Assembly (NCBI GenBank): GCA_017547525.1
Contig: JAFYPL010000003.1
Span: 1,426-65,425 of the forward strand
Origin: Oscillospiraceae bacterium
Lineage (GTDB): Bacteria > Bacillota > Clostridia > Oscillospirales > Ruminococcaceae
DNA length: 64,000 nt
Direction: 5' to 3'
Under the pieces are notes generated by a model. That model worked only from the letters and a program-made list of their open reading frames with translations, was not told the origin of the DNA and searched no databases. This document shows positions 9,730-19,703 of the stretch, piece after piece (position 1 is the stretch's first letter; the number at the start of each line of letters is the position of its first letter). The translations under genes were made by a program, and so were the position numbers.

Positions 9730-11973
9730 ATGTACAGGTATAAAAATTTTTCTGACAGCGGTAACATGGCTATTACTACGGCTGTAAATATAGCCGGTAA
9801 GATGGGACATATAACGGTAGGCACAGAACATATTCTTCTTGGGATACTCAGTTGTGGTAAAACTGACATATCCGAACTTTTGTCTGAATATGGGGTAACT
9901 TTCGTATGTGTGTATAACGTGGTTACAAATGTGCTTGGAACGGGTCAGGCTACAAAGGTATCTGTTGATGCCATAAGTGAAAACGGACTGGATGTATTGA
10001 AAAGTGCATGTAATATTGCAATAGCCAACGGAAAGGTTATGGCCGGCACAGAAGATATAGTGTCTGCTATGGTGACAAATGAAAAGTGTATGGCAGGGCA
10101 TATATTGAAAACTCTCACGGAATCCCGTCCGGGATTTGCCGGAGATCTGGCTAGAGTATGCCGGAAAAGTGGCTCCTGTGCAGTGGAGGATAATACACGT
10201 CACCGTATGAAAAATCTGGAAAAGTACGCAATAAATATGGTTCGTAGGGCAGCACATACACCTTTTGATCCTTGTATAGGCAGAGAGAAAGAGATAGAAA
10301 AAATTATAGAAATACTGTTAAGGAGAAAGAAAAACAATCCTTGTCTTGTTGGTTTTGCTGGTGTGGGGAAAACCGCTATAGTGGAAGGTCTGGCCAATAT
10401 GATAGCAGCAGGTGATGTTCCGGACGCCATGAGGAATAAAATAATATATTCATTGGATATGTCATTGTTACTGGCTGGTACAAAATACCGTGGGGACTTC
10501 GAAGAAAGAATGAAATCTGTTCTGCGGGATATAAATGGAAACGACAACATAATTTTATTTATAGACGAAATTCACATTATCGTTAATGCAGGCGGTGCAG
10601 AAGGTGCCATTGATGCCGCAAATATACTGAAACCTGCTTTGGCCAGAGGGCAGATACAGGTGATAGGGGCAACTACAGGTGATGAATATAGCAGATATAT
10701 AGAAAAAGACAGTGCACTGGAGCGTCGTTTTTCACCGGTGTATATTACAGAACCTACAGTTGCGCAGTCAGTGCGGATACTGAAAGGTCTGAAAAACAAA
10801 ATGCAGGATTATCATAATATAAAAATAGAAGACGGGGCGATAGATAAAAGTGTGAATCTGTCAGTAAAGTATATGCACCAAAGATGCTTACCTGACAAAG
10901 CTGTGGATCTTCTGGATCAGGCATGTGCATCAGTAAAACTGAAAGACGGTATACAGGTAACAGAAACAGATATTTTACAGACGGTATGCAAAAATGAAGG
11001 AGTGCGGCTGATAAATAACCTGACGGTATCCGGAAATAATATGGAGAAATATATGAATGGCTATGTTGTCGGGCAACCATATGCAGTGCATGAAATTATA
11101 AACGCTGTAAGCGGCTGGGCGGCAGGACTGAAAGATGACTCCAGACCTATAGCATCACTTATTTTTGCAGGGCCTTCAGGCGTAGGAAAAACATTCAGTT
11201 GTACAGTTCTGGCGGATACACTGTTTAATTCGCCTGAGGCTGTGGTGAGAATAGATTGCACAGAATACAGTGAGAAAAATGATGTGGCAAAACTGATAGG
11301 CTCACCACCGGGATATGTGGGGTATGATGATGGTGGCAGACTGGAAAAGGAAGTTATGCGCTGGCCTTTCAGTGTGATTTTATTTGATGAAATAGAAAAA
11401 GCACATCCCGATTTATACAGTATCCTGTTACAGGCCATGGATTATGGTTTTATTACTACATCCCGAGGCAAAAAAATCAGTTTCCGTAACAGTGTATTGA
11501 TTATGACATCAAATCTTGGGGCAGATATAAAATCCGGGAAAGGTATGCCGATGGGATTTGCCGGTAAAGGAGATATACAGAATATAAAACGTAGGATGCT
11601 GTGTGACAAAGTCAAGGGGCACTTTTCACCGGAATTTATAGGCCGTCTGGATGGTATAATAGGTTTCGACACATTGTCAGAGGACAGCATAGTGGCTATA
11701 TCCGGAAAATATATGGATAATTTATGTGTCAGATTATCTGGTTTAGGTATAGAAATGGAGTATGGCCTGGATATACTGCAGTATATATGCAATGAGAGTG
11801 AAGGTGCTGTTTACGGTGCACGTAATGTGAAAGCAGCTATCACAACTCATCTGGAAAGCAAAATAAGTCAGGCGATTATATCCGGTAATATTTCCAGTGG
11901 TGATAAAGTAAGGTTAAGTATGGTAAATGATATGCCTGTTATTGACGTGAAAAAGGCTGTGACAATAAAATAA
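9730..11973 (+). CDS. Class I Clp/Hsp100 AAA+ unfoldase with a double Clp_N domain, two AAA modules and no M-domain
   Basis: Clp_N repeats ([18 protein letters not shown]). D1 has GFAGVGKT and ILFIDEIH. D2 has GPSGVGKT and [15 protein letters not shown] loop is a possible ClpP-docking motif. Confidence 0.85.
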   Translation: MYRYKNFSDSGNMAITTAVNIAGKMGHITVGTEHILLGILSCGKTDISELLSEYGVTFVCVYNVVTNVLGTGQATKVSVDAISENGLDVLKSACNIAIANGKVMAGTEDIVSAMVTNEKCMAGHILKTLTESRPGFAGDLARVCRKSGSCAVEDNTRHRMKNLEKYAINMVRRAAHTPFDPCIGREKEIEKIIEILLRRKKNNPCLVGFAGVGKTAIVEGLANMIAAGDVPDAMRNKIIYSLDMSLLLAGTKYRGDFEERMKSVLRDINGNDNIILFIDEIHIIVNAGGAEGAIDAANILKPALARGQIQVIGATTGDEYSRYIEKDSALERRFSPVYITEPTVAQSVRILKGLKNKMQDYHNIKIEDGAIDKSVNLSVKYMHQRCLPDKAVDLLDQACASVKLKDGIQVTETDILQTVCKNEGVRLINNLTVSGNNMEKYMNGYVVGQPYAVHEIINAVSGWAAGLKDDSRPIASLIFAGPSGVGKTFSCTVLADTLFNSPEAVVRIDCTEYSEKNDVAKLIGSPPGYVGYDDGGRLEKEVMRWPFSVILFDEIEKAHPDLYSILLQAMDYGFITTSRGKKISFRNSVLIMTSNLGADIKSGKGMPMGFAGKGDIQNIKRRMLCDKVKGHFSPEFIGRLDGIIGFDTLSEDSIVAISGKYMDNLCVRLSGLGIEMEYGLDILQYICNESEGAVYGARNVKAAITTHLESKISQAIISGNISSGDKVRLSMVNDMPVIDVKKAVTIK

Positions 11974-11978
11974 ATAAA

Positions 11979-12022
11979 AAAGTGTATTTTCTTCAGGCTG
12001 GAGATATACACTTTTCTTTTTT
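11979..12022 (+). terminator. Terminator after the Clp ATPase gene
   Basis: AAAGTGTAT...ATACACTTT stem followed by a T-run. Confidence 0.7.
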
Positions 12023-12134
12023 ATAAAGATTTCTGCCTATGACACGTTTAGTGTCTTGAATGTGACGATATAATTCTTTATATTTATTATAGCTTCCGCT
12101 ATTTTATAACTGATTAAAGTACGGAGGTATTAGT

Positions 12135-12788
12135 ATGAAAAATAAATGCAGAAAAATATTTCTGACAGGCTGTATGTTTACAGCATCTTTTGTTGTGTGG
12201 ACATTGCTAGTTATGAAAGTAGATGTACAGCCGGTGGGAGTGAATGGTACGAATGTGGGTTTCGCAGGTATAAATACTGCTTTTCATAACCTCACAGGGG
12301 TAAATATGACAATGTACACTGTTACAGACTGGCTGGGACTGGTGCCGTTTATGGTCTGTGCACTTTTTGCTGTAAAAGGCTTCATACAACTGGTAAAAAG
12401 AAAAAGTTTATTTAAAGTAGACCGTGATATTGTAATATTGGGCATATACTATGCTGCTGTAATATGCGTATATGTGTTTTTCGAAATTTTTACGGTGAAT
12501 TACCGCCCGGTATTGATAGCAGGAACAATGGAAGCGTCTTATCCGTCATCAACCACGTTACTTGTGATGGCTGTAATGCCTACCCTTGTATTTCAGGCAG
12601 ATTACAGATTGAAAAAAGACAAACTGAAAAAAATGGTGCGCTTTGTTACTATAAGCTTTTCTGATTTTATGGTGGTATGCAGGTTGGTTTGTGGTGTTCA
12701 TTGGATTACAGATATAGCAGGTGGCCTGCTTATCAGTTCAGGGATGTACTGTGTTTATAAATCAGTGGCATTGACCTATACAACATAG
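12135..12788 (+). CDS. PAP2-family membrane phosphatase
   Basis: Polytopic protein with the C-terminal PAP2 motif CGVHWITDIAGG. Confidence 0.7.
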   Translation: MKNKCRKIFLTGCMFTASFVVWTLLVMKVDVQPVGVNGTNVGFAGINTAFHNLTGVNMTMYTVTDWLGLVPFMVCALFAVKGFIQLVKRKSLFKVDRDIVILGIYYAAVICVYVFFEIFTVNYRPVLIAGTMEASYPSSTTLLVMAVMPTLVFQADYRLKKDKLKKMVRFVTISFSDFMVVCRLVCGVHWITDIAGGLLISSGMYCVYKSVALTYTT

Positions 12789-12810
12789 AAAACAATACGG
12801 AGGAAATACC

Positions 12811-13428
12811 GTGGAATTCAATGAAAAATTACAGGAGTTAAGAAAATCAAAAGGGCTGACACAGGAAGAACTGGCCCGGGATTTATATGTTTCCCGTACG
12901 GCTGTTTCCAAATGGGAGTCCAGCAGGGGGTACCCGGGTATCGATTCTTTAAAAGAAATATCCCGATATTTTTCGGTATCAATAGACGATTTATTGTCTG
13001 GTGAAAAGCTTATTTCCATAGCAGAAAAAGAAAAACAGGCAGATATACGCAATATGTGTAATGCTGTTATAGGCGCCATAGATTTATTTGCATTTGTGCT
13101 TGTATTACTGCCACTTTACCCGCATAGCACCAATGAGTTTGTATATTCGGTAAACCTTATAAATTACACCCAGACAACAAATTTTAATTATTATGTATAT
13201 TGGGTAATATTTGTAGGGCTTATGGGGGCAGGCTTTTTAAAAATACTGCTTGTAAAACTGGGAAAAGAAAACCTAAATTGCTATATGACAAAAATATCCA
13301 TAGTATTAAGCATACTGGCGGTAATTTTTTTGGCAATGGCAAGGGAAGCATATGCAACACCATTGGTGTTTACAATGCTTATGTTAAAAATGTTTATGTA
13401 TATGAAGTATATAGAATATAATAAATAA
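12811..13428 (+). CDS. XRE-family HTH regulator fused to a multi-helix membrane domain
   Basis: The N-terminus LRKSKGLTQEELARDLYVSRTAVSKWE is an HTH_3 motif. The C-terminal half is hydrophobic. GTG start after GGAGG. Confidence 0.8.
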   Translation: MEFNEKLQELRKSKGLTQEELARDLYVSRTAVSKWESSRGYPGIDSLKEISRYFSVSIDDLLSGEKLISIAEKEKQADIRNMCNAVIGAIDLFAFVLVLLPLYPHSTNEFVYSVNLINYTQTTNFNYYVYWVIFVGLMGAGFLKILLVKLGKENLNCYMTKISIVLSILAVIFLAMAREAYATPLVFTMLMLKMFMYMKYIEYNK

Positions 13429-13443
13429 AATATAAAAATTACG

Positions 13444-13473
13444 AAAGGCCTGCCTTCAAAAGGCGGGCCTTTA
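13444..13473 (+). terminator. Terminator
   Basis: AAAGGCCTGCCTT-caaa-AGGCGGGCCTTT. Confidence 0.7.
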
Positions 13474-13517
13474 AATTCCTACTGTATTGACATGTAAAAT
13501 TCATAATGTTGAAATAA

Positions 13518-13546
13518 GTTAGAATTCAAACAGTTCTAATTCTAAC
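13518..13546. promoter_or_regulatory. Palindromic operator candidate upstream of the MarR fragment
   Basis: GTTAGAATT-N11-AATTCTAAC, perfect 9-bp arms, ending 25 nt before the MarR start codon. Confidence 0.5.
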
Positions 13547-13571
13547 AAGTTGTGGAGGCCGGATTCTTACT

Positions 13572-13883
13572 ATGAAAAATTACCATACAGGCAGACACGT
13601 AATTGAAACAGCCCACCGGCTTAAGGTATATCTTGATTCCGCTTTTGAGCGGCATGATCTAAGCGGTATGCAGGCACGTATGCTGGGGTTTATAGCTATG
13701 CGAAACAAAGCTGACGCAAAGGTATACCAGCGCGATATTGAGGCGGAATTTAAAATACGCCGTTCATCTGTAACCAGTGTATTGAATACAATGGAAAAAA
13801 ACGGATATATATTGCGAATGCCGTCAGATACTGATGCCCGTCTTAAAGAGATAATACTTACAGAAAAAGCTGTACACAGGTAA
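13572..13883 (+). pseudogene. MarR-family winged-helix regulator, C-terminally truncated (103 aa)
   Basis: The wHTH core is present (QRDIEAEFKIRRSSVTSVLNTMEKNGYILR...DARLK). The ORF stops right after LTEK, where the dimerisation helices normally begin. No continuation is visible in the other frames. Confidence 0.55.
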
Positions 13884-13919
13884 TCTGGAACTGGATTAAA
13901 ATTTATACAGATACAAACA

Positions 13920-13949
13920 AAAAAGACAAGGTGAAAACCTTGTCTTTTT
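13920..13949. terminator. Bidirectional terminator
   Basis: AAAAAGACAAGG-tgaaaa-CCTTGTCTTTTT. Confidence 0.8.
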
Positions 13950-13955
13950 GTTTTA

Positions 13956-14426
13956 TTACTTTTTAAATATACGCTTTAGTTTATCCCATGGAGTAAGCAG
14001 TTCAGCCATATCCTCTGAATACACATTCTCTTTTTCAGGAGTGAAATCAGCTTTTAATTTATGTGAAAAATAAAAGTTTTCGTTTTCGGCTGCCATGGGG
14101 TTATATGCGAGCATAATTTCATAAATACTCGGTGGCATTAAATGAGATGCTCTGGATGGCTGAGATGAAAATAATATATTGGATTTTGTGTACTTTGTTT
14201 CATTTTCCACTACTGAAAGGCTGATTTCGCCTGTGCCGTCATTGCCGGCCATCACAAATGTTTTTACAGATTCTGTAGCATCAAATCGATGTATACATAC
14301 TCTGCCTTTTTCGGACCTATAGTCAGCAATTATTACAGGTTTTTCACTGATGTAAGGTAAACTGTTGTCGAGATACTGCATCAGATGTTCAAAGTCAGCA
14401 CAAATTTTAGCTTCATACTTTGCCAT
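13956..14426 (-). CDS. Hypothetical protein, paralog of the upstream 101-aa protein (possibly DUF6054-like; from memory, unverified)
   Basis: It shares the N-terminal motif ADxxHLxQYLxNSL and a YNP motif with 14438..14743. It sits tightly packed in an operon. Confidence 0.55.
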   Translation of the reverse strand: MAKYEAKICADFEHLMQYLDNSLPYISEKPVIIADYRSEKGRVCIHRFDATESVKTFVMAGNDGTGEISLSVVENETKYTKSNILFSSQPSRASHLMPPSIYEIMLAYNPMAAENENFYFSHKLKADFTPEKENVYSEDMAELLTPWDKLKRIFKK

Positions 14427-14437
14427 ATTATCACCTC

Positions 14438-14743
14438 TTACCAGAATTTGTTGGCATTGCCTATGGCATCAGGATTATAACCATCCAGTATTTTTTCAAA
14501 ATAACCTTTTTCGAATCCCCGCCATTTCAGATTTACGATACCATCTTCAGTTATAGCGGTAAAATATGGTGAAAGAATTTCGTCATACACACGCACACTC
14601 CGTAAAATACCATTGCAATGCGTATCTATAGGTTCTAAAGATGGCATAGGGTGAGGGGCATAACGCAGACTGTTTTCCAGATACTGTACCAGATGATTAT
14701 GGTCTGCGGACAGTTGTTTTGTATAAGTTATATCTTCCAACAT
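14438..14743 (-). CDS. Hypothetical protein (paralog of 13956..14426)
   Basis: See the paralog entry. There is an 11-nt gap to the next gene. Confidence 0.55.
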   Translation of the reverse strand: MLEDITYTKQLSADHNHLVQYLENSLRYAPHPMPSLEPIDTHCNGILRSVRVYDEILSPYFTAITEDGIVNLKWRGFEKGYFEKILDGYNPDAIGNANKFW

Positions 14744-14763
14744 AAAGTCCCTCCGGTAAAATT

Positions 14764-14994
14764 TTATGCTTTCAGCAGGATAGCAATACCCATGATACCT
14801 ATAAATATAAGGAGTATCATATAGATAGAAATGAGTACGCAGAATATTACACTGGCAAAGCCCAGTATGCGTTTTACTGCATTACCTTCAGCCCGGCCGA
14901 TATATCTGCCGGCCATTTTTATCAGGGCTGGTCTGAAATAGATGGCAACTATAACAGACAGACCTATCAGTATATATGTGAGATAGTAAATCAA
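14764..14994 (-). CDS. Small two-helix membrane protein
   Basis: 76 aa with two hydrophobic segments. It starts 13 nt after the tatD stop. Confidence 0.5.
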   Translation of the reverse strand: MIYYLTYILIGLSVIVAIYFRPALIKMAGRYIGRAEGNAVKRILGFASVIFCVLISIYMILLIFIGIMGIAILLKA

Positions 14995-15007
14995 CTATTA
15001 TTCTCCT

Positions 15008-15772
15008 TTATTTGTTAATTTCATAAACGCGCATGGCGTTTTCCATAGCTTTCTGCGCTACGAATTCTTCGCTTACACCGCGCAGCTGTGCTATTACTTT
15101 TACCACATTTGCAACGTCGTATGCTTCACAGCGGTCGTTTTCTCTTTCATATGGTGGAGCATATGGGCAGTCTGTTTCTATAAGTAGTCTGTCCCATGGT
15201 GTTTCCATAAGGCAGGCAATAGGACCTGCATTCCACATAGGGTAGGTGAGGTCATTGTTGAAACTGATATACATACCTAAATTAAAAGCGCGCTTGAGAA
15301 TATCTACAGGGCCGGAGTAACGGTGCAGAATACCCTTTGGTCTGTATTCTTCCAATATTTCTATGGTGTCTTCATGGGCATCACGGTCATGGATAATTAC
15401 AGGCATATCCAGTTCTTTAGCCAGCTGCAGCTGTTCTCTGAATATTCTCTTCTGCAAATCCTTTGGCTCCTGCCAGAAATAGTCCAGACCCATTTCGCCT
15501 ATAGCCACAATTTTAGGGTGTTTTACCAGTGCTCTGATTCTGTCCAGATAATCATCCGGTGTTTCAGCTGTCCAGTGTGGGTGAATACCGATACTGCCGT
15601 AGGCAAAATCATATTTATCAACTATATCAATAATTGTATCGAAAACTTCCACATCACTGCAACAGTTGAGTATAAACTGTACATCTGTGTTTTTCAGATG
15701 TTCCAGTCTTTCGTATCTGTCATCTTTGAACATGGCATCTTCATAATGTACATGGCTGTCAAAAAGTTTCAT
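15008..15772 (-). CDS. tatD: TatD-family metal-dependent hydrolase/DNase
   Basis: FDSHVHY and HDRDAH motifs. ATG 15772 is preceded by GGAGG; the track start at 15784 lies inside the Shine-Dalgarno. Confidence 0.9.
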   Translation of the reverse strand: MKLFDSHVHYEDAMFKDDRYERLEHLKNTDVQFILNCCSDVEVFDTIIDIVDKYDFAYGSIGIHPHWTAETPDDYLDRIRALVKHPKIVAIGEMGLDYFWQEPKDLQKRIFREQLQLAKELDMPVIIHDRDAHEDTIEILEEYRPKGILHRYSGPVDILKRAFNLGMYISFNNDLTYPMWNAGPIACLMETPWDRLLIETDCPYAPPYERENDRCEAYDVANVVKVIAQLRGVSEEFVAQKAMENAMRVYEINK

Positions 15773-15827
15773 ATTAACCTCCACAAATCAAAAGCAGACG
15801 CACTTAACACGCCTGCCTGTAATTTTA

Positions 15828-16046
15828 TTATTTTTCTTCGATTGTGTATGTGAATTCGTAGATTTCCTGCAGTGCTTTTACTTTAGGTTCAACATCTTCA
15901 ATAAATGTTTTTGTGAAAACACTCTTACCCTGTTTTTTATAATCATCCATGATTTCCTGCAGTTTTTCCCAGCATTCATCAGCTTTTTCGTAATCTTCTG
16001 CGATTTCGATAAGGAATTCTCTGTGTTTTGGAACTCTTGCTTTCAT
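15828..16046 (-). CDS. Hypothetical small acidic helical protein (72 aa)
   Basis: The ORF has a good Shine-Dalgarno context and is the first gene of the tatD transcription unit. Confidence 0.5.
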   Translation of the reverse strand: MKARVPKHREFLIEIAEDYEKADECWEKLQEIMDDYKKQGKSVFTKTFIEDVEPKVKALQEIYEFTYTIEEK

Positions 16047-16213
16047 AGTATACCTCTCTATATTTTTATATTATTTATATTGTATATTTAAAAGATGGAA
16101 AAGTCAATAACAGCAGTTATAAACAAATGGGATGTATATTGTGGAAAGTTTTTTGCAATAGGCGGAGTTATATGGTAAAATAAATACAATAATAAACCTG
16201 CGAGGTAACAGAA

Positions 16214-17446
16214 ATGAATGATAAATTATTGAAACAGTATGGTGAGATGGCAGTGAAGGCAGGGGTAAACATCCAGCCGGGCCAGACACTTATAATAAAC
16301 GCGCCTATCACAGCGGCCGACTTGGTGCATCACTGTGCAACAGCGGCATATGATGCAGGTGCAAAGGAAGTAGTGGTACACTGGGCAGACGAAAAACTGT
16401 CCAGAATCAAAATGGACAGAACAGAAAAGGATGTGCTGTGCGATGTAAAACCATGGATACAGGATTCCTACCTGCAGTATATCCGCAGTGAAGGCAGTGC
16501 CGCTATTCTGTCTATCACAGGTCAGGACCCTGAACTGTACAAAGGTCTGGATATGGAAAAAGTGAATGCATATTCAATCGCCCGTATGAAAGCACTGGCT
16601 GAATACCGTGATTACACAATGGCATCCCGTATACAGTGGTGTGTTATCGCTGTACCTGGTGAAGGATGGGCTAAAAAAGTATTCCCTGAACTGCCAGCAG
16701 AAGAAGCAGTGGAAAAACTGTGGCAGACAATTTTCAAAGTAAGCCGTGTGGAAGGTGATGCGGTGGAAAACTGGAAAGACCACGCAAAACAGCGGGCTGA
16801 AAGACGTGACCGCATGAATGAAATGAACTTTGATAAACTGCATTTCACATCTGCAAACGGCACAGACCTGTATGTGGGTCTGGCTGATGACCATGTATGG
16901 GGCGGTGTAAGTGAGTACAGCGAAGCAGGTGTGGAATTTATTCCTAACATGCCTACAGAGGAATTGTTTACTGCACCACATAAAGATAAAGTGGACGGTG
17001 TGGTTTACGGTACAAAACCATATGTTTACAACGGTGACCTGATTGAAGATTTTGTTGTTACATTCAAGGACGGCAAAGTTGTGGATTATGATGCAAAATC
17101 CGGCAAAGAACTGCTGAAACAGCTGTTGTCCACAGATGAAGGCGCACTGAGCATAGGCGAAGTGGCCTTGGTGCCGGCTTCCAGCCCTATCAACAAAGAA
17201 AATGTACTGTTTTTCAATACACTTTTTGATGAAAATGCGGCCTGCCATATTGCTTTTGGTCAGGGCTACCCTGGCACTGTAAAAGGCGGCGAAAAAATGA
17301 CAACAGAACAACTGCTGGAAAAAGGTGTAAATGATTCTGTTATTCACGAAGATGTAATGATAGGTGCCGCTGATATGAAAATTACAGGTATATGTAAAGA
17401 TGGCAGTGAAGTTGAAATCTTCAACAATGGTGAATGGGTGTTCTGA
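16214..17446 (+). CDS. M29-family aminopeptidase (AmpS/PepS-like)
   Basis: 410 aa; typical N-terminus LLKQYGEMAVKAGVNIQPGQ and C-terminal HIAFG/HEDVMIG motifs. Confidence 0.85.
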   Translation: MNDKLLKQYGEMAVKAGVNIQPGQTLIINAPITAADLVHHCATAAYDAGAKEVVVHWADEKLSRIKMDRTEKDVLCDVKPWIQDSYLQYIRSEGSAAILSITGQDPELYKGLDMEKVNAYSIARMKALAEYRDYTMASRIQWCVIAVPGEGWAKKVFPELPAEEAVEKLWQTIFKVSRVEGDAVENWKDHAKQRAERRDRMNEMNFDKLHFTSANGTDLYVGLADDHVWGGVSEYSEAGVEFIPNMPTEELFTAPHKDKVDGVVYGTKPYVYNGDLIEDFVVTFKDGKVVDYDAKSGKELLKQLLSTDEGALSIGEVALVPASSPINKENVLFFNTLFDENAACHIAFGQGYPGTVKGGEKMTTEQLLEKGVNDSVIHEDVMIGAADMKITGICKDGSEVEIFNNGEWVF

Positions 17447-17461
17447 TAAAGGACTGATGTT

Positions 17462-17716
17462 ATGGCAAAAATAAAACTTACAATTACCGAAAGTAACTGC
17501 CGCAGTGGTTATCATAAAGCCGGTGACGAATTTATAGTAGATGATTTATGTCCACCTGTCTGCCTGGAGTTATGGCACTGTGCATACCCATATGTGTTTG
17601 CACTTAAAAATGGTGCTGTTCTGGATTGTGGTAAAGAAAAGTGTACACATTTCACTGTAAAATGCCCTGATGGGGGCAGAGTATGTATGCGCGGGGAACT
17701 AATCGGGCAGGAATAG
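17462..17716 (+). CDS. TIGR04076-like small Cys-rich protein
   Basis: 84 aa with the Cys pattern C13...CPPVC...C...C...C...C. It starts 15 nt after the aminopeptidase stop. Confidence 0.55.
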   Translation: MAKIKLTITESNCRSGYHKAGDEFIVDDLCPPVCLELWHCAYPYVFALKNGAVLDCGKEKCTHFTVKCPDGGRVCMRGELIGQE

Positions 17717-17758
17717 CGTAAAAACCTGAGATATCGGCGATAAATTGCAAAATAACTA

Positions 17759-17787
17759 TTGCAATTGTCTAGTAAATATGGTAATAT
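17759..17787 (+). promoter_or_regulatory. Sigma-A type promoter of the rimP-nusA-infB operon
   Basis: TTGCAA-17 nt-TAATAT. Confidence 0.6.
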
Positions 17788-17871
17788 ACTTACGATAAAT
17801 ATTTTAAGCAAAGGAGAGTGGGAAGTTCCCACTCTCTTGTTTTTAGAAAAATAAATGGAGGTAAATCTGCA

Positions 17872-18351
17872 TTGGCTAAAGGTAGAAAAGCTACAGATAT
17901 TGTAGAAGAACTGGCAAGACCTGTGTGTGAAAGTATGGGACTTATACTGTGGGATGTTACATTTGAAAAAGAAGGTCCAGACTGGATACTGAGAATCCTT
18001 ATCGACAAAGATAATGAAGGTGTTTACATCGACGAATGTGTGGATGTTTCCCGTGCAGTAGATCCACTGCTGGATGAAGCAGACCCAATCAAACAGAGCT
18101 ATAATTTTGAGGTATCTTCCGCCGGCCTCGGCAGAAAACTTACCAGACCTTTCCACTTTGAAAAGAAACTGGGCCAGGTAGTGCTGGCACGTCTTATCCG
18201 CGCTGTTGATGGCGTGAAAGAAGTGAAAGGTACTCTTACAGCATACAACGACGGCGTTATCACTATCGAAAAAGAAGACGGTGCACTGCAGGATGTAGTG
18301 GTAAAAGAAACTTCTTTTGTAAAACTCTGTGATGACGAAGGTTTATTTTAG
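17872..18351 (+). CDS. rimP: Ribosome maturation factor RimP
   Basis: The sequence IVEELARPV...LWDVTFEKEG...EVSSAGLGRKL matches RimP. The likely start is TTG 17872, after GGAGG; the track start is 17818. Confidence 0.85.
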   Translation: MAKGRKATDIVEELARPVCESMGLILWDVTFEKEGPDWILRILIDKDNEGVYIDECVDVSRAVDPLLDEADPIKQSYNFEVSSAGLGRKLTRPFHFEKKLGQVVLARLIRAVDGVKEVKGTLTAYNDGVITIEKEDGALQDVVVKETSFVKLCDDEGLF

Positions 18352-18366
18352 GAGGAATATATAAAA

Positions 18367-19416
18367 ATGAATAAAGAATTTTTTGAAGCCCTTGAAATCA
18401 TCGAAAAAGAAAAAGGCATTAAAAAAGAAGTACTGCTTGAAAAAATCATCAAAGCAATGGAAGTTGCTGTAGAAAAAGATCTGGGCATTGAAGGTAACGT
18501 AAATGTTATGGTTGATGAAACAAAGAAAAACTTTGTTGTATCAGTAGTTAAAACAGTAGTAGAAGATGTTTACGATCCAGATACAGAAATCTCTCTGGAA
18601 GATGCTAAAAAAGTAAAAGCAAGAGCAAAACTGGGTCAGGAACTGGCAGTTCCACTTAAAACAAAAGATTTCGGATACATCGCTATCGGTGCTGCTAAAA
18701 ACGTTATCCGTCAGGGTATCAAAGAAGCAGAAAAAGCAAAACTGTTTGCAGATATGCAGGGCAGAGCTCATGAAATTGCAATCGGCGTAGTACAGAGAAT
18801 CAGTGAAAAAAGCGGTGCTGCTATCATGCAGATCGGTTCAAACGAATTTGTACTCGCTAAAGAAGAACAGATTCCAGGCGAAGAAATCAACGTAGGTGAC
18901 CACGTAAAAGTATATGTTGTAGATGTTCTCTCTACAGACCGTGGCCCAAGAATCATGCTGTCCAGAACACATCCAATGTTCGTAAGCAAACTGTTTGAAA
19001 CAGAAGTACCAGAAATCCATGATGGTACAGTAGTTATCAAAGCTATCAGCCGTGAAGCAGGTTCCAGAACAAAAATCGCTGTATGGTCCAAAGACCCTAA
19101 CGTAGATGCTATCGGTGCTTGCATCGGTCAGAAACGTACACGTGTAGAAAGCGTTATCGAACAGCTGAATGGCGAAAAAATCGACTTTGTAAAATATTCA
19201 GAAGATCCAGCTGAATTTATCTCCGCTGCACTGTCCCCATCACAGGTAGTTAGCGTTGAAATTCTGTCACAGCAGCCAAAATCCTGCCGTGTTACAGTAC
19301 CAGACGAACAGCTGTCCCTGGCTATCGGCAGCAAAGGTCAGAACGCACGTCTTGCAGCACGTCTTACAGGTTACAATATTGATATTCATCCTGAAAGCGG
19401 CTACTTCGGCGAATAA
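18367..19416 (+). CDS. nusA: Transcription termination/antitermination factor NusA
   Basis: S1 plus KH domains (GACIGQKRTRVESV, AIGSKGQNARLAARLTG). Confidence 0.95.
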   Translation: MNKEFFEALEIIEKEKGIKKEVLLEKIIKAMEVAVEKDLGIEGNVNVMVDETKKNFVVSVVKTVVEDVYDPDTEISLEDAKKVKARAKLGQELAVPLKTKDFGYIAIGAAKNVIRQGIKEAEKAKLFADMQGRAHEIAIGVVQRISEKSGAAIMQIGSNEFVLAKEEQIPGEEINVGDHVKVYVVDVLSTDRGPRIMLSRTHPMFVSKLFETEVPEIHDGTVVIKAISREAGSRTKIAVWSKDPNVDAIGACIGQKRTRVESVIEQLNGEKIDFVKYSEDPAEFISAALSPSQVVSVEILSQQPKSCRVTVPDEQLSLAIGSKGQNARLAARLTGYNIDIHPESGYFGE

Positions 19417-19436
19417 TAATAAAAAGGAGTGACATT

Positions 19437-19703
19437 ATGGCTATTAAAAAGATCCCATTAAGAAAATGTATCGGCTGTAACACTTCCAAAGATAAAAGAG
19501 AACTTATCCGCGTGGTAAGAAATGCCGAAGGCGAAATTTCTATAGACACAACAGGAAAAAAACCTGGACGTGGCGCATATATCTGCAAAGATGCTGCATG
19601 TCTGAAACTTGCTAAAAAAGGCAAGAAACTGGACAAAGCATTCGAAGTGGCTATAAGTGATGAAATTTATGCACGCCTGGAACAGGAGCTGAAATATGAA
19701 TAA
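19437..19703 (+). CDS. ylxR: YlxR/RnpM family RNA-binding protein (DUF448)
   Basis: RKCIGC...GRGAYIC motif and its position after nusA. Confidence 0.85.
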   Translation: MAIKKIPLRKCIGCNTSKDKRELIRVVRNAEGEISIDTTGKKPGRGAYICKDAACLKLAKKGKKLDKAFEVAISDEIYARLEQELKYE

